This document shows, in pieces, positions 8,720 through 18,259 of a DNA stretch of 32,000 nucleotides (the stretch's first letter is position 1; each line of letters opens with the position of its first letter). The notes under the pieces were generated by a model that was given only the letters and a program-made list of their open reading frames with translations, searched no databases and was not told the DNA's origin. Both the position numbers and the translations under genes were made by a program. Origin of the DNA: Coprobacillaceae bacterium (GTDB taxonomy: Bacteria > Bacillota_I > Bacilli_A > Erysipelotrichales > Coprobacillaceae); NCBI GenBank assembly GCA_963675515.1, contig OY776328.1:570001-602000 (forward strand), in the 5' to 3' direction.

Positions 8720-9124
8720 ATGGCGAATGATTTAATTGATATTGAGGAAATAATGATGCAAATCCGGGCTGAAATCAAGGAAAAAGGCTATCAGCTTTCG
8801 GATTTGAGTTTTGATGATATTGAGTTAAGTAAAGACTTCCACAACGAATTTGAGGATAGTTATGAATCAAATATGAAATATCTCAATTCATATTTTGCAG
8901 TGCAATCATATTTGCCTCTTGTTGGCAATCCTTTGTTTGTCTTTGTCAAGAAGGTGATCCGCAAATTGACTTTTTTCTATGTCAATCCAATTTCGGAACA
9001 ACAGACCAACTTTAATTTGAGACTGATCCGGGTTTTGAATGAACAGAACTCAATGATAGAAGAGTTGAAGGATGAATTAAAAGACCAGTATGAACGTATT
9101 GAAAAGTTAGAAGCTAAGAAGTAG
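8720..9124 (+). CDS. Small (134 aa) hypothetical protein with a C-terminal coiled-coil
   Basis: ATG at 8720 is preceded by GGAG (8708-8711). The sequence is MANDLIDIEEIMMQIRAEIKEKGY...VKKVIRKLTFFYVNPISEQQTNFNLRLIRVLNEQNSMIEELKDELKDQYERIEKLEAKK. No TM segment and no catalytic motif that I recognise. Confidence 0.6.
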   Translation: MANDLIDIEEIMMQIRAEIKEKGYQLSDLSFDDIELSKDFHNEFEDSYESNMKYLNSYFAVQSYLPLVGNPLFVFVKKVIRKLTFFYVNPISEQQTNFNLRLIRVLNEQNSMIEELKDELKDQYERIEKLEAKK

Positions 9125-9132
9125 GTATAGAA

Positions 9133-10221
9133 ATGAGATTATTACAAGTATTGACGACAATTTCATTTGGTGATGCCGTTTCGAACGATACGTTGGCCCT
9201 TCATGATACATTGGTAAAACAAGGATACAAAACAAAAATATTTGCGGAAAATATTGATAGACGTATTTTACAAAAATACAAGTATGTAAGTGACATCAAG
9301 AGGCTGGATGTGGAAATCGATGATGTTATCATATATCACATGTCTACAGGTACCAAGCTTAATTACGACATTGCAAAATATCCTTGCAAGAAAATAATGA
9401 TCTATCATAATGTCACTCCTCCTGAATTTTACCAAGAGTATTCCTCGATGTCTTATACCCTCTGCAAACAGGGCCTGCAGTCACTGGATTTTCTCAAAGA
9501 CAAATTTGACTACGTTATCGGTGATTCCCAATTCAATATCGATGAGCTGATAAAAATTGGATTTACAGCTCCAATGAGGGTGTTGCCCATATTGATTCCT
9601 TTTGAGGACTATAAACAAAAGCCAAGTGGCAAAGTTATCCATAAATATGAAAATGATGGTTATGAAAATATTCTCTTTACCGGAAGAATCGCCCCTAATA
9701 AAAAGCAAGAAGATGTCATTATGGCGTTTTACCACTACAAGAAATATTACAATCCTAAATCCCGGCTTTTTCTGGTAGGTAATAGCCGCGGTATGGAGAT
9801 ATATAAAAAAAGGTTGGAGGACTTTGTAGCCCAACTGGGCGTCGAAGATGTTATTTTCACTGAACATATTCCATTCGATCAGATATTGGCATACTATACT
9901 TTGGCGGATTTGTTCTTATGTCTTTCCGAACATGAAGGTTTTTGTGTGCCGATTGTTGAAGCGATGCAATTTGAAATACCGATTGTGGCTCGCGGTACCG
10001 GTGCGGTACCGGATACCCTCCAAGATGGCGGTCTGGTAGTGACGACAAAGAATCCTTTGGAAGTCGCTGGGATAATGGATTATTTGTTAAAAAATGAGCA
10101 GTTGAAAAACACGATTCTAGAAAATCAGAAAAATCGACTGGCTGCCTTGGCTCATGATGTTGTCGAAGCTCAATTTCTAGGGTACCTGAAAGAATTTTTG
10201 GAGAACTATTATGAAAAATAA
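9133..10221 (+). CDS. GT-B fold glycosyltransferase (GT4/GT1-like)
   Basis: MRLLQVLTTISFGDAVSN N-terminus and C-terminal LCLSEHEGFCVPIVEAM (E-x7-E). Confidence 0.8.
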   Translation: MRLLQVLTTISFGDAVSNDTLALHDTLVKQGYKTKIFAENIDRRILQKYKYVSDIKRLDVEIDDVIIYHMSTGTKLNYDIAKYPCKKIMIYHNVTPPEFYQEYSSMSYTLCKQGLQSLDFLKDKFDYVIGDSQFNIDELIKIGFTAPMRVLPILIPFEDYKQKPSGKVIHKYENDGYENILFTGRIAPNKKQEDVIMAFYHYKKYYNPKSRLFLVGNSRGMEIYKKRLEDFVAQLGVEDVIFTEHIPFDQILAYYTLADLFLCLSEHEGFCVPIVEAMQFEIPIVARGTGAVPDTLQDGGLVVTTKNPLEVAGIMDYLLKNEQLKNTILENQKNRLAALAHDVVEAQFLGYLKEFLENYYEK

Positions 10222-11392
10222 TAGAATCGCTTTTGTGGTCCAAAGATACGGTCAGGAAGTAAATGGTGGGGCGGAACTTTTATGCAGGCAGCTGGCTGAA
10301 AAGATGATCGCAATCTATCCCAATCTCGAAGTGCTGACAACCAAGGCAATCGATTATACAACCTGGGCCAATGAATATCCAGATGAATCCCAAACAATCA
10401 ACGGGGTTTTGGTTAGAAGATTCCCTGTTGCCAAAGAGCGCAATCAAAAAGAGTTTGACCGGATCAACGGGCTTTTCATGGCTGGTCAATTGCCTAAGGA
10501 ACGGGAAATTGAGTGGATTGAAAAGCAGGGTCCCTTTGCGCCGGCCCTGGTGGAATACATCAGGGAAAACAAGGACAATTACGATTTGTTTGTCTTCTTC
10601 ACTTACCTGTATTATCCGACTGTGATCGGCATCAAGGAAGTCAAGGAGAAATCAATCCTGGTTCCCCATGCCCATGACGAACCGTTTTTGAAGATGAAGG
10701 AATACCAGGATCTGTTCAAGGCTCCCCGGGCTTTTTTTCTCAATACCGATGAGGAAAAGGAAATGCTGGAAGATAAATTTGCGATTGACGTTCCGGTCGA
10801 TATTGGCGGGGTCGGAATCGAACTGCCCGAAAACATTGACGGTGAGCGGTTCAAGGAAAAATACAACCTGGATGATTATATAGTCTATGTGGGCCGGATC
10901 GACGAGGGCAAGAACTGCCATATCCTGTTCAAATACTTCAAGGAATTCAAGAAGCGAAATCCGGGCAACCTCAAACTGGTCCTTATGGGAAAACCAGCCA
11001 TGGCCATTCCCAAAGATTCAAACATAATATCACTGGGTTTTGTGGATGAACAGGACAAATATGACGGCATCAAAGGTGCCAAAACCCTGGTCTTGCCAAG
11101 TGAGTTCGAATCTTTGTCGATGGTGGTTCTCGAGGCGATGAGTGTTGAAACTCCGGTTCTGGTTTATGGCAAGTGTGCCGTCTTGAAAGGCCACTGTCTT
11201 AAAAGCAACGGGGCTTTGTATTACAACAACTATTTTGAATTTGAAGCAGCAATCAACTTTTTGATGAACAATCCCGACAAGGTGGCCATCATGAAAAAAA
11301 ATGCGAAAAATTACGTAGATTCCAATTATCAATGGGATGTCATAACTGGAAGATTGGATCAGTTGATAGAAAGGATATTGGAGGTTAATTAA
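10211..11392 (+). CDS. GT-B fold glycosyltransferase, first of a tandem paralogue pair
   Basis: VNGGAELLCRQLA, ENKDNYDLFVFFTY, LGFVDEQDKYD, and PSEFESLSMVVLEAM. Confidence 0.75.
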   Translation: MKNNRIAFVVQRYGQEVNGGAELLCRQLAEKMIAIYPNLEVLTTKAIDYTTWANEYPDESQTINGVLVRRFPVAKERNQKEFDRINGLFMAGQLPKEREIEWIEKQGPFAPALVEYIRENKDNYDLFVFFTYLYYPTVIGIKEVKEKSILVPHAHDEPFLKMKEYQDLFKAPRAFFLNTDEEKEMLEDKFAIDVPVDIGGVGIELPENIDGERFKEKYNLDDYIVYVGRIDEGKNCHILFKYFKEFKKRNPGNLKLVLMGKPAMAIPKDSNIISLGFVDEQDKYDGIKGAKTLVLPSEFESLSMVVLEAMSVETPVLVYGKCAVLKGHCLKSNGALYYNNYFEFEAAINFLMNNPDKVAIMKKNAKNYVDSNYQWDVITGRLDQLIERILEVN

Positions 11393-11393
11393 G

Positions 11394-12590
11394 ATGAAAT
11401 TAGGATTTGTAACACCTTGGTTTGGTTTCGGTATCCCCGGCGGAGCCGAAGCGGAACTGCGCGGTTTGGTCACCCATTTGAATCGGACAGATGTTGAGGT
11501 CGAAGTTTTGACTACTTGTGTCAAGGATTTCAATTCCAATTGGAGTGAAAACTACCACCCTGAAGGCAAAGTTGTTGAAAACAACCTTGTAATCCGCCGC
11601 TTCAAAGCCGATAAGCGTGACACCCAAAAATTTGATTCGGTCAATTTGAAACTGATGAAAAAGATCCCGCTGACTCCAGCGGAGCAGCAGGTTTACATTG
11701 ACGAGATGGTAAACAGCCAGGCCCTCTATGATTACATGGAAGAAAACCAGGACAATTACGATCTGTTTGTCTTCATCCCCTATATGTTCGGGACAACCTA
11801 TAACGGAATCAAGGTCAATCCGCAAAAATCGGTGCTTATTCCCTGCTTCCATGATGAGTCTTATTTTTACCTCGATGTTTTCAAGGACCTCTATTCGAAG
11901 ATTGGCGGGATGATCTTCCATGCCAAACCGGAACAGCAGCTTGTCCTGGATAATTATCCGCTAAGTCCCGATCTGGTTCATGCGGTTCTTGGAGAAGGGG
12001 TGGACACCGGATTTTCCTATGACAAGGAGCGGTTTGTCAATAAATACGACATCAAGGAACCGTTCATCCTCTATGCGGGACGCAAGGAAGCCGGCAAGCG
12101 GGTCCATGTCCTGCTGCAGTATTTCAATGAATACCACAAGCGTCATAAGAACAATCTCAAGCTGGTTCTGATCGGCGGGGGCAACATCAAGATTCCAGGC
12201 GGTGTCAAAAGGCATGTCAAGGATCTAGGCTTCGTCGACATTCAGGACAAATATGACGCATATGGCGCAGCCACGTGCCTGTGCCAGCCGTCCAACAGCG
12301 AATCGTTTTCCCTGGTTATCATGGAAAGCTGGCTGGCCAATCGCCCTGTCATCGTATCCGGTGGCTGTCCGGTTACCAAGAGCTTCGCCATCGAGTCAAA
12401 AGGCGGGCTGTATTTTGACGGTTATTTCGACTTCGAAGGGGCAGTGGACTTCCTGCTGGAGAATCCGCAAACATCCGATGAGATGGGTGCGGCCGGCAAC
12501 AAATTCGTCAATGACAATTTCGAATGGGGTGTCATCGTAGAGCGGTACACCGGATTCTTTCAAGAACTTATCGACAGGAGAAAAAAGTAG
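11394..12590 (+). CDS. GT-B fold glycosyltransferase, second of a tandem paralogue pair
   Basis: IPGGAEAELRGLV, ENQDNYDLFVFIPY, LGFVDIQDKYD, and PSNSESFSLVIMESW. Colinear with the preceding ORF. Confidence 0.75.
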   Translation: MKLGFVTPWFGFGIPGGAEAELRGLVTHLNRTDVEVEVLTTCVKDFNSNWSENYHPEGKVVENNLVIRRFKADKRDTQKFDSVNLKLMKKIPLTPAEQQVYIDEMVNSQALYDYMEENQDNYDLFVFIPYMFGTTYNGIKVNPQKSVLIPCFHDESYFYLDVFKDLYSKIGGMIFHAKPEQQLVLDNYPLSPDLVHAVLGEGVDTGFSYDKERFVNKYDIKEPFILYAGRKEAGKRVHVLLQYFNEYHKRHKNNLKLVLIGGGNIKIPGGVKRHVKDLGFVDIQDKYDAYGAATCLCQPSNSESFSLVIMESWLANRPVIVSGGCPVTKSFAIESKGGLYFDGYFDFEGAVDFLLENPQTSDEMGAAGNKFVNDNFEWGVIVERYTGFFQELIDRRKK

Positions 12591-15059
12591 ATGGTTAGTT
12601 TCTGGTTATTATTCATCAATGTGATAATTGTGGCCTTGACTATCATGGTCAGGCTCAAGAATACCGATATCCTGACCCTGTTTGCCAAGACGGTGTTCTA
12701 TTTTTTCGGGGAATACATTTTGGCTTGCGCCCTGTTTTTTGTTCTTGACCGGTTCCAGGTCAATCATGTCCTTATTCTTGCTCTTGGAATCAATGTCTTG
12801 ATCCTCGCTCGCACTTATCTTAAAGCCAGCACCAAAGGCAGGGTGGAATTGAAAATCGATCCGCCTAAAAACACGCTTTATGTCGTGTTGCTTGTAGTTG
12901 CGGCAATTTTTTCATTCAACCGGTTCGAATTCTTTGGCATGGGTCAGGACCAGGGGGTCTACCAGACCAAAGCCGTCGAACTCGCATATGGGGACACATC
13001 CAGGCAGCTTGATTTTGAGGAGTATGGTTCGTTGGATAGCGAACAACAGGCGCAGTACCAAACATTTGTCCAGGACCTTTATGGCTTCGACAACTACGAC
13101 AGCGCCAAGCCGTTTCTAAACGGCTTTGATGAAATGAGCGCGGTTTCGGGCATCTTCCATGGGATTCCGACATTTCCGGCAATCCTGGCATTGGCGATAT
13201 CCGCCTTCTCCCTGGAAAACATGCTTGTCTTCCAGACTGTGTTCTACCTTGCATTGATTGTCTTTGTCTTTAAAATCTGCGAGAATTTCCAGTTCTCCAA
13301 ACTGGTCACCACGATCGTTTTTGTCGCCACTTTGCTTTCACCGGTAATGCTCTGGGTTGCCAAGGCGGCATTGACGGAGATGTTTCTGGCCCTGCTTATC
13401 GGTGTTTTCATCTACTATCTTACCACCGGCAATGAAAGGGACATATTCAAGTCGACTTTACCAGTTTTGATATTCTCATTTTTCCATATCTCGGTCTACA
13501 CGATCATTCCGGAGATAATCGTCTTGTACTGGCTGCTTTATTTGACAACCAGAAACAAGACCTATCTCAAAAGCAACTATCTGGCGATGTTCTTCTTTGC
13601 AATCGGGTATTTTTTCATGCTTTACATCACACCGACCTACAGCTACAACAACAGCCGGGTCGTCTATTTTGGACCGCTGAATGATTATACGCTCATCTAT
13701 TTCACCGGATTTGCGCTGCTGGGATGCCTGATTGTGAATTACATCCTGGGCAATTATTTCCAATCGTTCCGGCTCAAACTCGACAAATCGAAGGTCTTTG
13801 ACTGGCTGGTGAAACTTGCCGTTGGAGGAATGCTTCTTTATACGGCTTTCTATGGCTACAGGCTGGTCAGCGGTCTCCTTGAGGTTTCCAACGCGTCCCA
13901 GTCCGGCTATTATGGCAAACTGGCAGGTCTTAAAAATATTTCGATAGTTTCCTATGTCTATCTGACCGGGGGAGTGATCCTGCCACTGGTCTTCTGGAAA
14001 CTTATGACCAGGACCAAGCTGGTCCTGCTTGAAAACAGGAACGCTGTTTTGATCTTCATGTTTTTGTACAACGTGCTTTTCACATCGACATTCCTGCGCA
14101 AGGAAATGTTCCACTATTATTACTATTCACGCTATCTCGCACCATTTTTGGTTATTGTGGCCCTGTTGTTTGGCCTATATGCGTCAAGATTCGCTAAAAG
14201 AACCCTGGTTGTGATCCTGGTTGGGGTGAGCATCTATAACGGATACTACAGCTATGTCATGGTCACCCGCGATGACGATTCAAAAGTGAGCTACAGCATG
14301 ATTGAAGAGGTGGCCAGTGAACTTGATGAAAACAGTGCGGTTATCATGACCAACAATTCGCTTAGCCGGCTGTACACCTGGCCGCTAAAAGCAATGGCAA
14401 ATGCCAATATCTATCCGGTTTTCGATGGTTCTCTCACTGGAACGATCGATTATCTTGATGACATGTACCAGGATATATACGTCCTTGCAAACGACGAGTT
14501 TGAAATCCAGGGAATTGAAGCGAACATCGTATATGTAAATAGCTATCAGGCTTCGCAGGATCTCAACCAATATCGCAACAAGCTGATTCCGCTACCGCTG
14601 GACTTCACCAAGGAAAACGTCGACGTGATCATGGCCAAAGCCATCACGCCCCAGACACTCTATGATATGGATGACGACGACATAAGCACGATCGGATTTG
14701 GCGACCTGGAAGGGACGTTCAGGTGGACCGTCGCTTCAGAGGTCTTTGTCAATCTTTATCTTGAAAAGGCAAACTACCAGCTGCTTGTCAACCAGCTTGC
14801 GGTCATCCCATTTGAAAATCTGGATCGCCCAAGTGTCGATGTTGATTTCTATATCAACGATATCTTTGCAGGTAGCTGGCAGGTAACCGATGAAAACAAC
14901 TCGGATCCTATCGTTATCGACGTCGCATCAAATCTGCTTGGCGAAGAAGAAAATGTCTTGAAAATGGTGGTCGACACTTGGTCACCTGAAGAATTCGGAG
15001 TGAACGACACCCGCGATCTGGGAATTGCGGTCGAATCAATCCAGTTTGTGAAAAAATAG
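12591..15059 (+). CDS. Large polytopic membrane protein, probably a GT-C fold glycosyltransferase (ArnT/PMT/YfhO-like), with a C-terminal extracytoplasmic domain of about 270 aa
   Basis: 822 aa. At least 12 hydrophobic helices span the first 560 aa or so. An acidic motif lies in the first loop (FFGMGQDQGVYQTKAVEL, compare the D-E/x-x-Y motifs of GT-C enzymes). The tail is soluble. It sits directly upstream of a GtrB-like gene. Confidence 0.6.
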   Translation: MVSFWLLFINVIIVALTIMVRLKNTDILTLFAKTVFYFFGEYILACALFFVLDRFQVNHVLILALGINVLILARTYLKASTKGRVELKIDPPKNTLYVVLLVVAAIFSFNRFEFFGMGQDQGVYQTKAVELAYGDTSRQLDFEEYGSLDSEQQAQYQTFVQDLYGFDNYDSAKPFLNGFDEMSAVSGIFHGIPTFPAILALAISAFSLENMLVFQTVFYLALIVFVFKICENFQFSKLVTTIVFVATLLSPVMLWVAKAALTEMFLALLIGVFIYYLTTGNERDIFKSTLPVLIFSFFHISVYTIIPEIIVLYWLLYLTTRNKTYLKSNYLAMFFFAIGYFFMLYITPTYSYNNSRVVYFGPLNDYTLIYFTGFALLGCLIVNYILGNYFQSFRLKLDKSKVFDWLVKLAVGGMLLYTAFYGYRLVSGLLEVSNASQSGYYGKLAGLKNISIVSYVYLTGGVILPLVFWKLMTRTKLVLLENRNAVLIFMFLYNVLFTSTFLRKEMFHYYYYSRYLAPFLVIVALLFGLYASRFAKRTLVVILVGVSIYNGYYSYVMVTRDDDSKVSYSMIEEVASELDENSAVIMTNNSLSRLYTWPLKAMANANIYPVFDGSLTGTIDYLDDMYQDIYVLANDEFEIQGIEANIVYVNSYQASQDLNQYRNKLIPLPLDFTKENVDVIMAKAITPQTLYDMDDDDISTIGFGDLEGTFRWTVASEVFVNLYLEKANYQLLVNQLAVIPFENLDRPSVDVDFYINDIFAGSWQVTDENNSDPIVIDVASNLLGEEENVLKMVVDTWSPEEFGVNDTRDLGIAVESIQFVKK

Positions 15060-15070
15060 GAAGGTAATCT

Positions 15071-16018
15071 ATGAAATTAATTATTCAAATACCATGTTAC
15101 AACGAAGCTGAAACGCTCGAAATCGCCTTGAACGATCTGCCCAAAAAAATCGAGGGCATCGACGAAATCGAATATCTGATAATCAATGACGGGTCGAAAG
15201 ACAACACGGTCGAAGTCGCCAAAAATTGGGGTGTCAACTACGTTGTCAATTTCAAAAGAAACAAGGGGCTGGCCAAAGGGTTCATGGCCGGTCTTGATGC
15301 CTGCCTTAGAAACGGTGCCGACATCATCGTCAACACCGATGCCGACAACCAGTACAATGGGGCTGATATCGAGAAACTGGTCCGTCCCATCCTTGAGGGC
15401 AAAACCGATATCGTTATCGGTGAACGGCCAATCGCCCAGACGGAACATTTTTCGCCTCTTAAAAAGGTGCTCCAGAAATTCGGCAGCTGGGTCGTAAGGG
15501 TGGCATCTTCCAGCGACATTCCCGATGCCCCAAGCGGCTTTCGGGCTTACTCAAGGGAAGCGGCTATGGCGATGAATGTGACCAATGAGTATACCTACAC
15601 CCTTGAGACAATCGTTCAGGCCGGAAGAAGCAAGATCGCGATGTCATCCGTGCCGATCAGGACAAACGGCGAATTGCGTCCGTCACGTCTGTTCAACAGC
15701 ATGTTTGGCTATGTGAAACGCTCGATGGTTACAATCATCAGGGCCTATATCGTCTACAAGCCGATGAAATTCTTTGCGACTCTTGGGGTTGTGATCTTCC
15801 TTCTTGGTACCGGGATCGGGGTCCGCTTTCTTGTCTATTACTTCATGGGATCGGGCGCAGGTCATATCCAGTCTTTGATCTTGTCGAGCACTCTGATGAT
15901 GCTGGGATTCATGACTATCGGTCTGGGTCTGTTGGGTGATCTTATCGCGGTGAACCGCAAACTGATCGAAGATATGCAATACCGGATCAAGGATATCCAC
16001 TACAAAAATGACAAGTAA
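15071..16018 (+). CDS. GT2 polyprenyl-phosphate sugar synthase (GtrB/CsbB/GacI/DPM1-like)
   Basis: IQIPCYNEAETLEIAL, INDGSKDNT, TDADNQY (DxD), PSGFRAY, and two C-terminal TM helices (FFATLGVVIFLLGTGIGV; ILSSTLMMLGFMTIGLGLLG). Confidence 0.8.
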   Translation: MKLIIQIPCYNEAETLEIALNDLPKKIEGIDEIEYLIINDGSKDNTVEVAKNWGVNYVVNFKRNKGLAKGFMAGLDACLRNGADIIVNTDADNQYNGADIEKLVRPILEGKTDIVIGERPIAQTEHFSPLKKVLQKFGSWVVRVASSSDIPDAPSGFRAYSREAAMAMNVTNEYTYTLETIVQAGRSKIAMSSVPIRTNGELRPSRLFNSMFGYVKRSMVTIIRAYIVYKPMKFFATLGVVIFLLGTGIGVRFLVYYFMGSGAGHIQSLILSSTLMMLGFMTIGLGLLGDLIAVNRKLIEDMQYRIKDIHYKNDK

Positions 16019-16055
16019 AATTGCAAAAAAATTGATATTAATTTGAAAAAAATAG

Positions 16056-17123
<1,068 letters not shown>

Positions 17124-17128
17124 TAAAC

Positions 17129-17156
17129 CATCCAGGAGCGCTAAACTCCTGGATTT
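17129..17156 (+). terminator. Intercistronic hairpin between gmd and rmd (weak terminator or attenuator, or an mRNA-stabilising stem)
   Basis: Perfect 9-bp arms ATCCAGGAG (17129-17137) / CTCCTGGAT (17145-17153) with a 7-nt loop, followed only by TTT. Confidence 0.35.
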
Positions 17157-17175
17157 TCGCAAGAAGGAGGACAAG

Positions 17176-18117
17176 ATGAAATCACTAATCATCGGCGGCG
17201 CCGGCTTTGTCGGGCCGTATCTGGAACTCGAGCTTCTCAACAACCATCCGGGGATGGAGATATATGTTTCGAAACTTTCACACGAGAGTTATTCAAGCCC
17301 TCAGGCAAAAGTGATCGACCTCGATATCCTGGACAAGGAAATGGTGGCATCGACCCTGGATGAGATAAGACCGGATTGGATTTTCCATCTCGCCGCCCAG
17401 TCATCGGTGGGGTTGTCATGGAAAAATCCCAAGCTGACGGTCGACATCAATATCAACGGCACCTTGAACATCCTTGAGGCGCTAAGGGAACTTGACTACA
17501 AGCCGAGGGTCCTGCTTATCGGTTCGGGCGAGGAGTATGGCCACATCAAACCAAATGAGGTGCCGATCAATGAGGACAACAACACCCGGCCGGGCAATAT
17601 CTATGCGGCAACAAAAGCCTGTTCGAACATGCTCGGGAAAATCTACAGCGACGCCTATGACCTCGATATAATCGCGGTCCGCGCCTTCAATCATATCGGT
17701 CCCAACCAGAAGCCGCTATTCGTGGTGGCCGACTTCTGCTTCCAGGCTGTCAGCATCGAAAAAGGAAGCCAGGATCCGACAATCAATGTGGGCAACCTTT
17801 CAGCCAAACGCGACTTCACTGATGTCCGGGACGTGGTGCGGGCCTATGTCCTGCTTATGGCAAAGGCAGCCAAAGGGCAGACTTACAATGTGGGCAGCGG
17901 GAAGGCAATAATGGTCGACGAGATTCTGCAGACGATACTCAGACATGCAAAAGTGAGGATCGATGTCAATATCGACAAGTCGAAGTTCAGACCAGTCGAT
18001 GTCCCGATAATCGAAGCTGACATCTCCAAGCTGCAAAAGACAATCGACTGGAAACCGGAGATCCCGCTGGATCAGACAATCCAGGAAACACTGGATTATT
18101 TCCGCCAGACAATCTAG
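17176..18117 (+). CDS. rmd: GDP-4-keto-6-deoxy-D-mannose reductase (Rmd-type SDR; product GDP-D-rhamnose, or possibly GDP-6-deoxy-D-talose)
   Basis: GGAGFVGPYL, IFHLAAQSSVGLSW, IGSGEEYG, YAATKACSNMLGKIY (YxxxK), FNHIGPNQ, and VGNLSAKRDFTDVRDVVRAY. From memory the layout and length match the Aneurinibacillus and Pseudomonas Rmd proteins. It lies directly downstream of gmd. Confidence 0.75.
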   Translation: MKSLIIGGAGFVGPYLELELLNNHPGMEIYVSKLSHESYSSPQAKVIDLDILDKEMVASTLDEIRPDWIFHLAAQSSVGLSWKNPKLTVDININGTLNILEALRELDYKPRVLLIGSGEEYGHIKPNEVPINEDNNTRPGNIYAATKACSNMLGKIYSDAYDLDIIAVRAFNHIGPNQKPLFVVADFCFQAVSIEKGSQDPTINVGNLSAKRDFTDVRDVVRAYVLLMAKAAKGQTYNVGSGKAIMVDEILQTILRHAKVRIDVNIDKSKFRPVDVPIIEADISKLQKTIDWKPEIPLDQTIQETLDYFRQTI

Positions 18118-18210
18118 CAGACAATCAATAATGATTTTCAGGGCTCCTTGATCAATGAGGGCGCCCTTTTTTGCCTGTTTGGCAGGCAAAAAGCAAACTT
18201 CAAATAAGCG

Positions 18211-18248
18211 AAAAAAAGCCCGGAGTCCCAATTGGAAAGGGGCCGGGC
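18211..18248 (-). terminator. Rho-independent terminator of ugd
   Basis: On the minus strand: GCCCGG (18248-18243) ... CCGGGC (18223-18218), with inner CCC/GGG pairing, followed by TTTTTTT (18217-18211). It is 12 nt after the ugd stop. Confidence 0.55.
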
Positions 18249-18259
18249 AATAATTGTCA

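Noticed and set aside
8090-10221. The low-GC patch could be a mobile genetic element or insertion sequence.
   Set aside because: I found no transposase, integrase, terminal inverted repeats or flanking direct repeats. The patch starts inside an intact reading frame. Homologous cassette exchange is more plausible, and I report it as a finding instead.
18139-18192. Palindromes AGGGCGCCCT (18157-18166) and TTTTTGCCTG-N5-CAGGCAAAAA (18168-18192) could be a canonical bidirectional terminator for rmd.
   Set aside because: The T-run precedes the GC stem and the A-run follows it on both strands, so neither orientation has the required downstream U-tract. Some termination or RNA-processing role is still possible, but I did not call it as a feature.
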